From Chrysomallon squamiferum (lineage: Eukaryota; Animalia; Mollusca), in contig CM022667.1 in NCBI GenBank assembly GCA_012295275.1, positions 6,820,001 to 6,884,000 on the forward strand: DNA of 64,000 nucleotides, given 5' to 3'. The notes under the pieces were generated by a model that was given only the letters and a program-made list of their open reading frames with translations, was not told the DNA's origin and did not search any database. Shown piece after piece: positions 1 to 13,649 of this stretch (its first letter is position 1; each line of letters begins with the position of its first letter). Both the position numbers and the translations under genes were made by a program.

Positions 1-599
1 TTTGTGTGGTTGATGTCGGAGACGTGGTTGCTGGTTGCTGGTGCTGCAAGTGGTGGTCTGAGGAAGGCTTTGCCGTGCACGATGCTGGACTGGAGAGGAA
101 TGCTGCTGCTCGGTTTCTTCGGTGCGTCGATGGGAAAGTCTCCGCCAAACCGGAGCTGCAGACTCTGCAGACTGGAAGGAAACGCGGAGTGTCCATTGGA
201 CAGTCCTTTAGACGACTCAGTCCTGTGAGCAGCTTTTGCAGATTTCTTGGACAGGTCGAGGGGCTGGTCGCTGGACGAGATGAAGTAGTTGGACAGGGGC
301 AGTTTGAGGGAGGCTAAGGGGGGAGAGTGGATGCGGGGGACTGTTTTTGCTTTTCTGGCTTCGTCTGTTTCCATGTGTCCTGTCTGTCTGTCTGTGCTTT
401 TCTTGTCTGCTGTCTGCTTGCTCGACACAGTCATATTCCCAGATGTCGCTCTTTGTCTTACTTTCTGCATTGCTTACATCAGCATCATCGTCATTCAAAC
501 CTCCTTCATCATCAGCCTCATCACCAGAGGTCAGTGTGTCTGAGTTGTCTCCCCCTGAATCTGATGACTGTTCACTGTTGTTTGTCTTGCATCTTGAAC
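1..599 (-). CDS. tsh: Teashirt/tiptop (TSHZ-like) coding exon 2 region, partial (continues past left edge); contains a frame discontinuity or a 148-nt internal intron at 314-461
   Basis: Strong acceptor on minus strand (TTGTTTTGTTTTTGCCTCTTTCAG|GT at 600/599). Its phase 1 matches exon 1 (A|GT=Ser), giving ...KRLK-SSRCKTNNSEQSSDSGGDNSDTLTSGDEADDEGGLNDDDADV (acidic tract). A second frame, open from 473 to the edge, encodes ...LPLSNYFISSSDQPLDLSKKSAK... with PLDLS at 263-249. GC and CpG content are higher than the flanks. The zinc fingers are expected beyond the window and were not seen. Confidence 0.8.
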
Positions 600-963
600 C
601 TGAAAGAGGCAAAAACAAAACAAAACAATTATAAATATTAAAAAAACAAACCCATCACAATTATAAATATTATAAAAACAAACACATCACAATTAAAATA
701 ATAAATAAAAAATAAAAAATAAAAAATAAAAATAACAAGTTAATATAATTTTTCAGTATAAACATGAAAATCACAAGAAAGATAAAACAGACATTGCAAT
801 ATTTGGTGACAAATTTAAATTAAAACCAATTTTTCTAAATAAATAATTTAATTTTTAACTGACATCAAGAAATAAACTTTTTAACATTAAAAAAACAACT
901 GTTATAATAACAACAATGAAACTGATAACAATGATAAATAATAATTATGATAATGAAATAATG

Positions 964-999
<36 letters not shown>

Positions 1000-1901
1000 T
1001 AATAATAATGATAACAACAAGAACAACAAGAATAAAAATAAAAGATAAATAAAAATTATTTGAAAAAGAATGAAATATACGAATACATTTTTTAAAGAAA
1101 TTAAAAATTAAAAAATAGTTCATAGAAATCTTTATACAACTTTCATCATTAATTAAATAAAAACATATAAAATAATAATAATAATAAGAAGAAGAAGAAG
1201 AAGAAGAAGAAGATGATGGAAGAAAAAAAAAAGAAAAATTGAAAAGAAAAATATATATATTTATATTTATAAACCTGAAAATTAATTTAAAAGTGCACCT
1301 GAGTGTATCTGTGTGGAATAAAAAAGAGGTGAAAGTTTAAAACGCAGTTGAAGCTGTTGTTAATCAAACATACAGGTGATGGGTGTTTAACACACAAACG
1401 AGACTGTTATTAATTACAGAGAAATCTATCAGCTCAGCCTGTGTCACAGTGTGTCGTCACACACACATGTGACAGGAGAGCGTGTCACTGTCGTTACGTG
1501 TCTGACTTGTGTCAAGTCAAACGTGCAGCTTCACTTGGCTGTCAGTCACCTGATGAATATTCATGAGGCAAAAACACACTGCAGTTCATCAAGTCTGCAT
1601 GGAACTCTTCTCTTACATACGTCTAGAATAATTAAATACATTTTTTGTTAATGTTTTCTTTCTTTCTTTCTTTCTTTTTTTGTGTCATTTTTTTTTTATC
1701 TTGGTTGTGTGTCAGAAATAATCAGTTTGCATAATGACGTTGTTAGTGTTGTTGCTGCTGTTGTTCTTGTTGTCACTGTTTTATTATTTCTTTCAGATTT
1801 TTTTTTAATTTCTATTAATTTTCAACTGTGTTCTGTTTGTCTGTTTATTTGTGTGTAAATGTTACTCTCTGTGCCTGTGTGTGTGTGTGTGTGTGTGTGT
1901 G

Positions 1902-2476
1902 ACAAAGTGCAGGTGATAATGTAGTTTTGTAATACTCAGATGTAACAAAGTGCAGGTGATAAAGTAGTTTTGTAATACTCAGATGTAACAAAGTGCAGGT
2001 GATAAAGTAGTTTTGTAACACTCAGATGTAACAAAGTGCAGGTGATAAAGTAGTTTTGTAATACTCAGATGTAACAAAGTGCAGGTGATAAAGTAGTTTT
2101 GTAACACTCAGATGTAACAAAGTGCAGGTGATAAAGTAGTTTTGTAACACTCAGATGTAACAAAGTGCAGGTGATAAAGTAGTTTTGTAACACTCAGACG
2201 TAACAAAGTGCAGGTGATAAAGTAGTTTTGTAACACTCAGACGTAACAAAGTGCAGGTGATAAAGTAGTTTTGTAATACTCAGATGTAACAAAGTGCAGG
2301 TGATAAAATAGTTTTGTAACACTCAGACGTAACAAAGTGCAGGTGATAAAGTAGTTTTGTAATACTCAGATGTAACAAAGTGCAGGTGATAAAGTAGTTT
2401 TGTAATACTCAGATGTAACAAAGTGCAGGTGATAAAGTAGTTTTGTAACACTCAGATGTAACAAAGTGCAGATGAT
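1902..2476. repeat. 43-bp minisatellite, ~13 near-identical copies
   Basis: Unit ACAAAGTGCAGGTGATAAAGTAGTTTTGTAA(T/C)ACTCAGA(T/C)GTA, directly after a (TG)n tract. Confidence 0.95.
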
Positions 2477-2848
2477 ATATTTAAAAAAAAAAACACATAA
2501 ATGTCCTCGTGAAGATACATTTAAAAAAACAAAAAACAAAAGCAAGTACTTGTTGATGTTAAATCTGATCTAGTAACATTTTTATATTTGTCAATAAAGG
2601 CACGCAGTTTGAACTGATGTCTGTCACTTGGACAATGGCGTGCGTCACAACTCCCTTTCCTGTTGTGACTTGCCAAAACAGAAAACATCCTCAGTGAAAG
2701 ACACTTTAACAAGTTGAGCCGGTGCACTCAGTGATATGAATATTACTATGTTTTTAAATAAACAGTTTGATTGATCAATCATGTAGTGTATTCTGATCCT
2801 GAAACAACTGTGTATGTGCCAGTCTACTCTGTGACAGAAGCTATCAGA

Positions 2849-2889
2849 GCACACACAGACACACAGACACACACACACACAGACACACA

Positions 2890-2933
<44 letters not shown>

Positions 2934-2974
2934 GACACAGACACACACACACACACACATACACACACACACAC
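2849..2974. repeat. (CA)n/(CACAGA)n microsatellite
   Basis: Direct reading. Confidence 0.9.
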
Positions 2975-3244
2975 GTACCAACAGGTACATTTATCTTATA
3001 ACACAGGTTGATAACTGGCTGATTCACAATTTATTAGGAAACAATTTAAAAAAAACAAAAAACAATTTAAAATAGACGAAGCAAGCTGCTCGATACTCCG
3101 TTCAAAAATAAAAATAAATTAGGTAAAATAATACAAAATACAATTAGAGAGAAAAAAATTGTAAAAAATAAAATAAAATAAGATAAATAAAATGAAAAAT
3201 AACAATAGATACACACACACAAGTATCAGCATGTACTGCATGTG

Positions 3245-3289
<45 letters not shown>

Positions 3290-5346
3290 AGCAACACCAA
3301 ACCTAACACATTTACACTCATTAATAAAAATAATGACAGTAATAAAAAAAACTCCTGACAAAGTAAAATAAAGACTAAAATAAATTAGCATAACATAAAT
3401 CTATTAACATTTTTTTTCTTAATAATTTTATAGACATATATGCATAAATGTTTTAGTCATTTTAACAGTATCACATGTAGCTATCAGAACATCTCTGTGA
3501 AAATGGAAAATGTTTTGATGAAAATAAAACAAGGAAGTACTGGCAAAAAAAACAGAAAAAAAAACAGAAACAGAGATAAAAACTTGAAGACCTGCAAAGT
3601 TGATCATCTTATTTATTTTATCTACAAATCTGTGTTTGAAATATCTCATCAAAATCTCTTTAAAAATATTTTAAATTATATATAAACATAAAATAAGACA
3701 CACAGACACACAGACAACCATGTACAAAGACTAGTTCTGCAGAAGAATAACTTTCAGCACAATAAATAAATTTAAAAATAAATTTTAAAAATCGGTTTCA
3801 CATGTCTGATCTTAAGTTTTGTCTGAAAATAAATATTTAACTAAAAATGTAATCAAGTATCTTTTAGTACATGACTTGATTATTAGTAGTAATAGTAGCA
3901 GTAATAATAATATTACATAACAATAATAATAACAACAATAACAACAACAATTATATGATGATGACATCAATGATGATGGTGATGATAATGATGATGAAAA
4001 GAGAAACAACAATGGTAAAAGTAGTAGTTGTAGTAGATGCCGTAGTAGCAGTAACCTGAATGATATTTAGAAAGCTGCGTTGAGCTTCTTAAATAAGAAT
4101 CTTGTTAACATACACCACCCTGCTAAAAGTGCAGAGTCCCCTCCCCCAGGACCTGGCTGACCCACCCTGAGTCATCCATCAGGTAACAGTGAGTGGACAA
4201 AACCTCGCTAAGTGGTTTCAACTATTAATCATACAACATGTTAAACTGTCAGGTAAACTACAGGTGACACGTCGTTAATTACCTGTCCCAGGTGACACTC
4301 ACACTGACTGTTGTTTCTTTGTCAACACACTTCGTGTAACTTGTGTAATCCACAGTAAGAAGTTCTGTCATTTTGAAGTAAGAATGTGTGTAATTTGTGT
4401 AATGTGAGGTATACTATAATGCAACATAATAATGATGATGATGATGTTATTTATTAATGATGATAACAAAATGAGAGTAATAATACTAATACTAAGAATA
4501 ATAATAATAACAACAAATTATCATAATAATAAAAATATACATTATCAAACAATAACAGTAAAATTAATTATGATACAAGTGTAAAAAAAATGTAGATAAA
4601 TCTTTCCAGTTTATCCAAACATTATTCAGTTATCAGTCCACAGATAAACAATTATCTGATTGGTGCTTTACATTTTTAGGAGGAAAACAAAAAACAAACC
4701 TGCAGCTCTCTCATTCTGTTCATATGTCAAGTTATAGACTGTGATGACGAAAGAGAGAGAGAGATATAAATAAAGATATTTTAAATAAAAAAATTAAAAA
4801 TTCACATACATATCCAAGTGCAAGTGAGTTTTGTTACCATTAATAAATAATAATAAAAAAAAATAAAAAAAATTCATTTTACATATTTTTCCAAGTGTCG
4901 ACATTAGAAAATGATTATCATGTTTATGTGAAGTATCCCGACTACATTAATCTTCAGTGCCACTCAGTAACACAAGCCAGCCACTCATTAATCCCTCCAC
5001 GCTTTCTTCCTTTTTTCATTTCAAGTGCAAGTGGCCTCAGTTTATATGTTTAAAACTGATAAAGCTGCAGGTATTGAGTGTCAGTCAGCAGTAAACAGAA
5101 AGTCAGCAGAGCTGAACTTTCATCTCGACAAACAACACCCCCAACCTTTGTTGTTATTTCAAAAAAAAATGTAAAAGCAAACAAAAATAATACAAAAATA
5201 AAATAAAAAAATAAATAAATAAATAAGTATTTAAATAAATTAATAAAAAAAATAAATAAAATAAAATAAAAAATATCGAAGAATACGTATTTTATAACAA
5301 TGACAGGTGTTTTAGTTACAGTTTGCTGTTACTTTCTGACAGCTCA

Positions 5347-5600
5347 TACACACTGGTGATAGTTTACTACACACTGGTGATAGTTTACTACACACTGGTG
5401 ATAGTTTACTATATATTGGTGATAGTTTACTACACACTGGTGATAATTTACTACACTCTGGTGATAGTTTACTACACACTGGTGATAGTTTACTACATTG
5501 GTTATGGTTTACTACATTCTGGTGATAGTTTACTAAATACTGGTGATAGTTTACTACACACTGGTGATAGTTTACTATAGTATATTTTAATAGTTTACTA
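5347..5600. repeat. 21-bp minisatellite, ~11-12 copies
   Basis: Unit TACACACTGGTGATAGTTTAC, degenerating towards the 3' end. Confidence 0.9.
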
Positions 5601-6194
5601 TAGTATATTTTAAAAGATATATTTTATTAGTAACAGTATAACTGAATTTATTTATGTATTTATTTTCTATTTATCAATTAACCCTTGATTTTAAATTACA
5701 TCTGTACAGACAAACAAAATTAATTTATTTAAAAGTTATTGTTTTGATGTTTATTGATTTCAACTAGTGAAGTATAACAATTAACATGATGTGAAGGAAA
5801 GATTTAGTTTCTTCTATAATTTTGTTTTTATTTTATTATTATGTGTTTTAGTTGTGTGCTGACTCAAATGAGAACAATCAACTGAAATACTTCTCAGTTT
5901 AATCAGTTATTTTATCTCACATTTACATAATGAAAATGTCTGCTTGTTATCATTTATTATTAGAAAACACAGGTTTTCAGCTATTAATTAAAACTAATTT
6001 AAAGATCACAGACATGTTTAGTTGATTACTTTGTCCTCAAATAATTCATTTTAATGTTCAAGAACTTTATAAAATTTTGTATCTATCTATATACATCTAC
6101 ATATGTACATAGCACAACAGATAGATAGATAGATAGATAGATACAAATACACACACATCCACACATATATCTATCAATATATTTTTTTATCTAA

Positions 6195-8390
6195 ATGTAT
6201 ATCTGTGTCTGTATATCTGTGTGTGTATATCTGTGTCTGTATATGTGTCTGTATATCTGTGTCTGTATATCTGTGTCTGTAATCTGTCTGTACATGTGTC
6301 TGTATATCTGTGTCTGTAATCTGTACATGTGTCTGTATATCTGTGTCTGTAATCTGTCTGTACATATGTGTCTGTACATCTGTCTGTACATGTCTGTACA
6401 TCTCTGTATGTACATCTGTGTCTGTACATCTGTCTCTACATGTGTCTGTACATCTGTGTCTGTACATCTCTGTATGTACATCTGTGTCTGTACATCTGTC
6501 TCTACATGTGTCTGTACATCTGTCTCTACATGTGTCTGTACATCTGTCTCTACATGTGTCTGTACATCTGTGTCTGTACATCTGTCTCTACATGTGTCTG
6601 TACATCTGTCTCTACATGTGTCTGTACATCTGTGTCTGTACATCTGTCTCTACATGTGTCTGTACATCTGTGTCTGTACATCTCTGTATGTACATCTGTG
6701 TCTGTACATCTGTCTCTACATGTGTCTGTACATCTGTCTTTACATGTGTCTGTACATCTGTCTCTACATGTGTCTGTACATCTGTCTCTACATCTGTCTC
6801 TACATCTGTCTGTACATCTCTGTATGTACATCTGTGTCTCTACATCTGTCTCTACATGTGTCTGTACATCTGTCTCTACATGTGTCTGTACATCTGTCTG
6901 TACATCTCTGTATGTACATCTGTCTGTACATCTGTCTCTACATGTGTCTGTACATCTGTCTCTACATGTGTCTGTACATCTGTCTCTACATATGTCTGTA
7001 CATCTCTGTATGTACATCTTTGTCTGTACATCTGTCTCTACATGTGTCTGTACATGTGTCTGTACATCTGTGTATATCTGTGTCTGTATATCTATGTCTC
7101 TATATCTGAGTCTGTACATCTGTGTCTGTATATCTGTGTCTGTAATCTGTCTGTACATCTGTGTCTGTACATCTGTGTCTGTACATCTGTGTCTGTATAT
7201 CTGTCAGTACATCTGTCTGTACATCAGTGTCTGTACATCTGTCTCTACATGTGTCTGTACATCTGTACATCTGTCTGTACATCTGTCTCTACATCTGTCT
7301 GTACATCTGTGTCTCTACATGTATGTACATGTCTCTACATCTGTCTGTACATGTGTCTGTACATCTGTGTCTGTACATCTGTGTACATCTGTCTCTACAT
7401 CTGTCTGTACATGTGTCTGTACATGTGTCTGTACACGTGTCTGTACATCTGTCTGTACATGTGTCTGTACATCTGTCTGTACATGTGTCTGTACATGTGT
7501 CTGTACATCTGTGTCTGTACATCTGTCTCTACATGTGTCTGTACATCTGTGTCTGTACATCTGTCTGTACATCTGTGTCTGTATATCTGTCTCTACATGT
7601 GTCTGTACATCTGTCTCTACATGTGTCTGTACATCTGTGTCTGTACATCTGTCTCTACATCTGTCTGTACATCTGTGTCTGTACATCTGTCTCTACATCT
7701 GTGTCTGTACATCTGTCTCTACATCTGTCTGTACATCTGTCTCTACATGTGTCTCTACATCTGTCTGTACATCTGTGTCTGTACATCTGTCTCTACATCT
7801 GTGTCTGTACATCTGTCTCTACATCTGTCTGTACATCTGTCTCTACATGTGTCTCTACATCTGTCTCTACATCTGTCTGTACATCTGTCTGTACATCTGT
7901 CTGTACATGTGTCTGTACATCTGTCTCTACATGTGTCTGTACATCTGTCTCTACATGTGTCTGTACATCTGTCTGTACATGTGTCTCTACATGTGTCTGT
8001 ACATCTGTCTGTACATGTGTCTGTACGTGTCTGTACATCTGTCTGTACATCTGTCTCTACATGTGTCTGTACATCTGTATATACATGTCTGTACATGTGT
8101 CTGTACATCTGTCTGTACATCTCTGTATGTACATCTGTGTCTGTACATCTGTCTCTACATGTGTTTGTACATGTGTTTGTACATGTGTCTCTACATATGT
8201 CTGTACATGTGTTTGTACATGTGTTTGTACATCTGTCTGTACATGTCTCTACATGTGTCTGTACATCTGTCTGTACATCTGTCTCTACATGTGTTTGTAC
8301 ATCTGTCTCTACATGTGTCTGTACATCTGTCTGTACATCTGTCTCTACATGTGTTTGTACATTTGTCTGTACATGTGTCTGTACATGTGT
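6195..8390. repeat. ~2.2 kb complex satellite of 12/14-bp variants
   Basis: Interleaved TGTCTGTACATC, TGTCTCTACATG and TGTGTCTGTACATC units; source of many spurious long ORFs. Confidence 0.95.
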
Positions 8391-9153
8391 CGCTGTTTTT
8401 GTGTCCAGCCTCCATTCATTAACACATTTTAAATTCATTATTTTTACTGCAAACACTGTAAAAATTAAATTAATTAAAGTACATTAATAAAATGAAAATT
8501 ATTAATTTAAAAGACAAAACGATAACAAGAATTAAAATTAAGGAGATTACTGTTATGTTTTATGTGGGCTCTGACAGAAAAAGTTGTCTGCTTTCAGAGA
8601 AAATATTTAAAAAATAAATTAAAAAATTAAAAGAGATATAAGATTATCAAAAGTAACCAATACTGCAGATGAGAGAATTATTAATAAACTGAGTGAAACA
8701 TGTCAATGAATTAACAAAGAAACAAACAACAGTAAAATGAAAAAACATGATAAACAATAACAACAAAAAAAGAAGAAAAACCAATGATAGAATTAATAAT
8801 GGAAGACAGGAAGAATGAACGAAAAAAGATAGAATGAAGAAAGAAAAAAGCAAGCTAATGAATAAACACAGTGTTCACATGTCACATGTCTGAAGAGCAA
8901 AAAAGAGAGAGAGAAAGAAAGAAGAATAGAAAAATGTCTTCATGCTGTGCTCTATAAATTACACACACACACACACACCGATATATTCACAACAACAACA
9001 CACACACACACACATATACACAACTACAACATACACGCAGACACACAGACAAAACAGTCATTTAAATTACATGAATTATAACAGTTAAATCCAGCATACT
9101 TCAAAACTGAAACAATTTCTTCTTTATCTTCTAAATAAATGTACTCAAATACT

Positions 9154-9154
<1 letters not shown>

Positions 9155-9207
<53 letters not shown>
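9155..9207. repeat. (GA)n microsatellite
   Basis: Direct reading. Confidence 0.9.
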
Positions 9208-9211
<4 letters not shown>

Positions 9212-9351
9212 AAAATAAAATAAACTAAATTTCAAAAAGTGAAAGAATATAAACAAAGTGATTTAAATGTAGTAAAATTCCAACTCAGATTAAAAAATGA
9301 TATCATACTGCCTCAGCAATAAATACATAAATAAATAAATAAATAAATTGA

Positions 9352-9394
<43 letters not shown>

Positions 9395-10194
9395 ACAAAC
9401 AAATAAACAAATAGATAGAGAGAAAAACTGACAGATAGATAGATAAATTGAGAGATAGAGAGATAGATAAACAGTGATACTTACAGCAGTGAGAACAATT
9501 AATTACAAACAACACTTCTCTCTCACACTGTCAGCTCTTCCACGAGAAAAAACAGAGGACTCCAGTCATGTGACAAAGAAAACCAGTCTAAATGAAAAGC
9601 TCTTTAGACACATTAAGACTAGAAGTAAAAACTATAGCAGGAAAAACAAAAAAAAAGGAAGAAAAGAAAAAAAACACTATTCTGACATGTTTAACTAATG
9701 GTTTACGAACAGCAGTAGAAACACCCATCTGTTTGAAGAAACATGTGACATGTGACTAGCGGGGGGGTGGGCAGGTGGGGGGAAGACGGATGATTAAAAC
9801 CAATTTTGACATTTATATTCTGTTCATATCTTTAGTGTTTTCTACGCAACCCCCCCCCCAACCTAACAGAGGAAAAAAAAGACAAGAAATATAATTAAAA
9901 TTAATATTGCAGTCACTTCAGTTATATCGGAATTTCAATTTATCTATTTCTGTTTTTGTCAATTTATATCTGTCTATATTTTTTTTAACATCAATTTACA
10001 TCTATTTCTATCTTTCTATATCAGTTTATCTCTCACTGTGTCTTTCTATATCATATCTATTCCTTTCTTTCTATATCAGTTTATCTCTAACTGTATCTTT
10101 CTATATCATATCTATTCCTTTCTTTCTATATCATTTTATCTCCATCTACAATCTGTATATATCTGGCAAGAGCAAAATAGTGCTTTTTATTTTG

Positions 10195-10228
<34 letters not shown>

Positions 10229-10441
10229 GTCTCTGTCTCTCTCTGCCTCTCTCTCTCGCTCTGTGTCTCTCTCTCTCTCTCTCAACAACTCACTGACACT
10301 GTTAGTTTCTGTTATCATTGTCCAGTCTGAAAACTCTGTTTTACTGCTTTTCTGTCTGCATCTCTCCATTCAGCCTTTGTTTTATTACCTCCCCTTTTGT
10401 AATCTCCTCCTTTTATCTTTTCTGCCCTTCTCTGCCACCAG

Positions 10442-10797
10442 GTTTTATCTCCTATACTCCTACTTTTCTCTAAACCCATGTTTTCTGTCCTATACTCCTA
10501 CTTTACTCTAAACCCATGTTTTATCTCCTATACTCCTACTTTACTCTAAACCCATGTTTTATCTCCTATACTCCTACTTTACTCTAAACCCATGTTTTCT
10601 CTCCTATACTCCTACTTTACTCTAAACCCATGTTTTATCTCCTATACTCCTACTTTACTCTAAACCCATGTTTTCTCTCCTATACTCCTACTTTACTCTA
10701 AACCCATGTTTTATCTCCTATACCCTACTTTACTCTAAACCCATGTTTTCTGTCCTATACTCCTACTTTACTCTAAACCCATGTTTTATCTCCTATG
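10442..10797. repeat. 38-bp minisatellite, ~9 copies
   Basis: Unit GTTTTATCTCCTATACTCCTACTTTACTCTAAACCCAT. Confidence 0.95.
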
Positions 10798-11574
10798 CCC
10801 CTGCACATCTTTACTGAAATATAAGCTGTGGGCTATAAAGTGACAATATTAACAATTCTGCACAGACAGAAACACATCACACAGACTATTTTGTTTTCTG
10901 TCAGCAGCAGGGTGGAGTTTGTCTGACAGACCACACCCCATCACCTGCCCTGCCTGCTGTTTTATCACAGGTTAGACAGTACAGAGGAACTGTCACACAC
11001 ACGTACACACACACACACACACACACGTACATCTGGTGAACAGACAGTGTCAGGTCTTCCACAGTCAGGTCCATCACTTTCACTATGATGAATTCAAAAC
11101 AGGTTCAGAAAAAAAATAAAAATAAAATAAAAATAATAAAAACAAAGATAATAAAAATTAAACACGTCAAACAAATAAATAAAGAAATACATTAAAGAGA
11201 AAAAAGAAGAAGAAGAAGAAGAAAAATGGTAAAGCAAAGAAATAAATAAAACTAAAAAGAAAAGAAAAAACATGAAAACACACACACCCAAAATTCCATT
11301 ATGAAAACAAACATGTTGTAAAGTGTCTCTCTGTACATGTGTATGTAAGTGAATGTGTGTTTATGTGCTTGTGTATACATGTCTGTAATATAACTCAAAT
11401 GATATTCATTGTATGTATTACTGAAAAAAAGTAATGAATGCATGAGGAACAGTAATCAGATATTTCACTCATGTCACATACGTACTTTTATTTTACAGCT
11501 GATAACTACGAGTGTGACATGAAAAACATCTCACATGTCACACTAGCTCACTCAGTGTCACACACATCTGTCAC

Positions 11575-12026
11575 ACTTCATCATCCATTTACATTTATCA
11601 TCATCTGTACTTCATTAACATACTTCATCATCTATTTAAATTTATCATCATCTGTACTTCATTAACATACTTCATCATCTATTTAAATTTATCATCATCT
11701 GTACTTCATTAACATACTTCATCATCTATTTAAATTTATCATCATCTGTACTTCATTAACATACTTCATCATCTATTTAAATTTATCATCATCTGTACTT
11801 CATTAACATACTTCATCATCTGTTTAAATTTATCATTATCTGTACTTCATTAACATACTTCATCATCCATTTAAATTTATCATCACCTATACTTCTTTAA
11901 CATACTTCATCATCTATTTAAATTTATCATCATCTGTACTTCATTAACATACTTCATCATCTGTTTAAATTTATCATTATCTGTACTTAACATACTTCAT
12001 CATCTGTTTAAATTTATCATCACCTG
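11575..12026. repeat. 47-bp minisatellite, ~9.5 copies
   Basis: Unit ACTTCATCATCTATTTAAATTTATCATCATCTGTACTTCATTAACAT. Confidence 0.95.
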
Positions 12027-12506
12027 TAGTTCAGTGGTTACACAAAATATTTAGTTTTCTTTTAAATGGTTTATTTGATTGGCAGTCATGTCCAGCCTTT
12101 GCTAACAATAAAGGATAGTAGTAAAACGTATTAATGAGAACTGAATCAGTAAAATATCCTGAAATCAAACTCTGGCTTATTGCCCATTCCAAACAGTATC
12201 CAATGACCTGTTTATCAGTCTGGGATAAATGTTGCTGTATTTGGGAGGGTGTATAAAACACATTACTTTTTGCTATCTGATAAAAGTAACATTGTTCATG
12301 TGTCTAACTAAAGAAGAACTAAATATCAGTTGTGTCATTAAACAATCACTTATTTTACAACAACAGTAATATAAAATATTTGAAATTTTTAATTTAATAT
12401 TTTTTTTAATCATATTTTTCTCCTCTTTTTTAAACAAATAAGTATATGTATTTATCTGTTCTTTACTTTTTGTATATAACCGATTTACAAGTTATCTCTT
12501 TTATGT

Positions 12507-12553
<47 letters not shown>

Positions 12554-13366
12554 TTATTTTTAATGTTTTACCTCAGTGTAATTAAGGTGTTTGAAACAAA
12601 GACACACCTAGGTTTTTAACTCTGCACCTATGATGAAGGGAAGTGATGTAACATACAATTGTAAATTAATTTTAAGAAATATGTCAAACTCTCCTTTATG
12701 AGCTAAAATATTTTTTTCTTTCACATTTTTAGAAGTTCATAAAAACAGTAAAACATTTAAAATGATAAAAGACTGACAGGAGGCACAAATTAATCTGTTC
12801 ACATTTATCTACTCCGACTCTTCAGTTCAGCTCCAAGTTTCAAAACCTATCAAGTCAAGATGAAGACAGCAAAAATAAACAAATAAACCACTATTCATCA
12901 TCGTATCGAGAATGCTGTCGAATTACTGACTCAGTGCACCTCGTGTTGAGTTACGTAACTGGTGGAAAACAAGAAATAGCTTTTTTATTTATCGAAATCT
13001 CAAAATTGTTTCAGTAGCCAATAAACTGGTGTGTAAGTGACATTTTGACAAAGTGTACATTAACTGTGGCAGTTTTACACCACAGTCGTTACTCTGCTAG
13101 GACAGGAAAAAATCTAAAATGTTTTCACATGATATTCTGTTTCTTATAGCCATTTGTTAAATAATTCTGTTTGTGAGTAATTTATTTATTTATTATTTAT
13201 TTTGAATCATGCTGTTAAATATAAAATGTTTTAAATTAAACAATACTTTGTCGACACGACAAACAAAATGTTCACAAAATAACACTCAGCAAATAACAAC
13301 AGTGATGACAACAGCAACAACAGTAACAACAATCTCATATAAATAAAATAAAATAAAATAAAATAA

Positions 13367-13397
<31 letters not shown>

Positions 13398-13649
13398 TAA
13401 AAAATAAATAAATAAAAAAAACAAGATTTTTTTTTTTTTTTTAAAAGGAAAAATAAATAAAATAAAATAAGATAAAATAATTTTTTTAATATAAATTTTT
13501 AAATTTTAATAAATAAATAAATTGGTTCTAATTTAATAAATGAAATTTAAAAAATATTTATTCAATATTTTTTTTCTTTTTTTGTGTGTCTGTGCAAATA
13601 AATGTGTGTATGTGTGTGTGTCTGGTGTGTCATTTTTTATTTTGTTTTT

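Noticed and set aside
1-477. Alternative donor GAT|GTAAGC (478/477) joined to the acceptor at 314
   Set aside because: It leads into the third frame, which is open to the window edge but lacks PLDLS and any recognisable motif. Less plausible than the 462 donor, though not excluded.
217-618. 133-aa minus ORF as a standalone gene starting MFLPLS
   Set aside because: The first six codons are the intron's polypyrimidine tract and acceptor; the frame is entered by splicing at 599.
4-641. Plus-strand ORFs at the left edge
   Set aside because: Antisense shadows of the minus-strand teashirt-like exon, which has the splice site and recognisable motifs.
6174-8487. Long ORFs (725, 684, 423, 304 aa and others) on both strands
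   Set aside because: Translations of a low-complexity satellite lacking stop triplets; open in several frames at once, with no domain.
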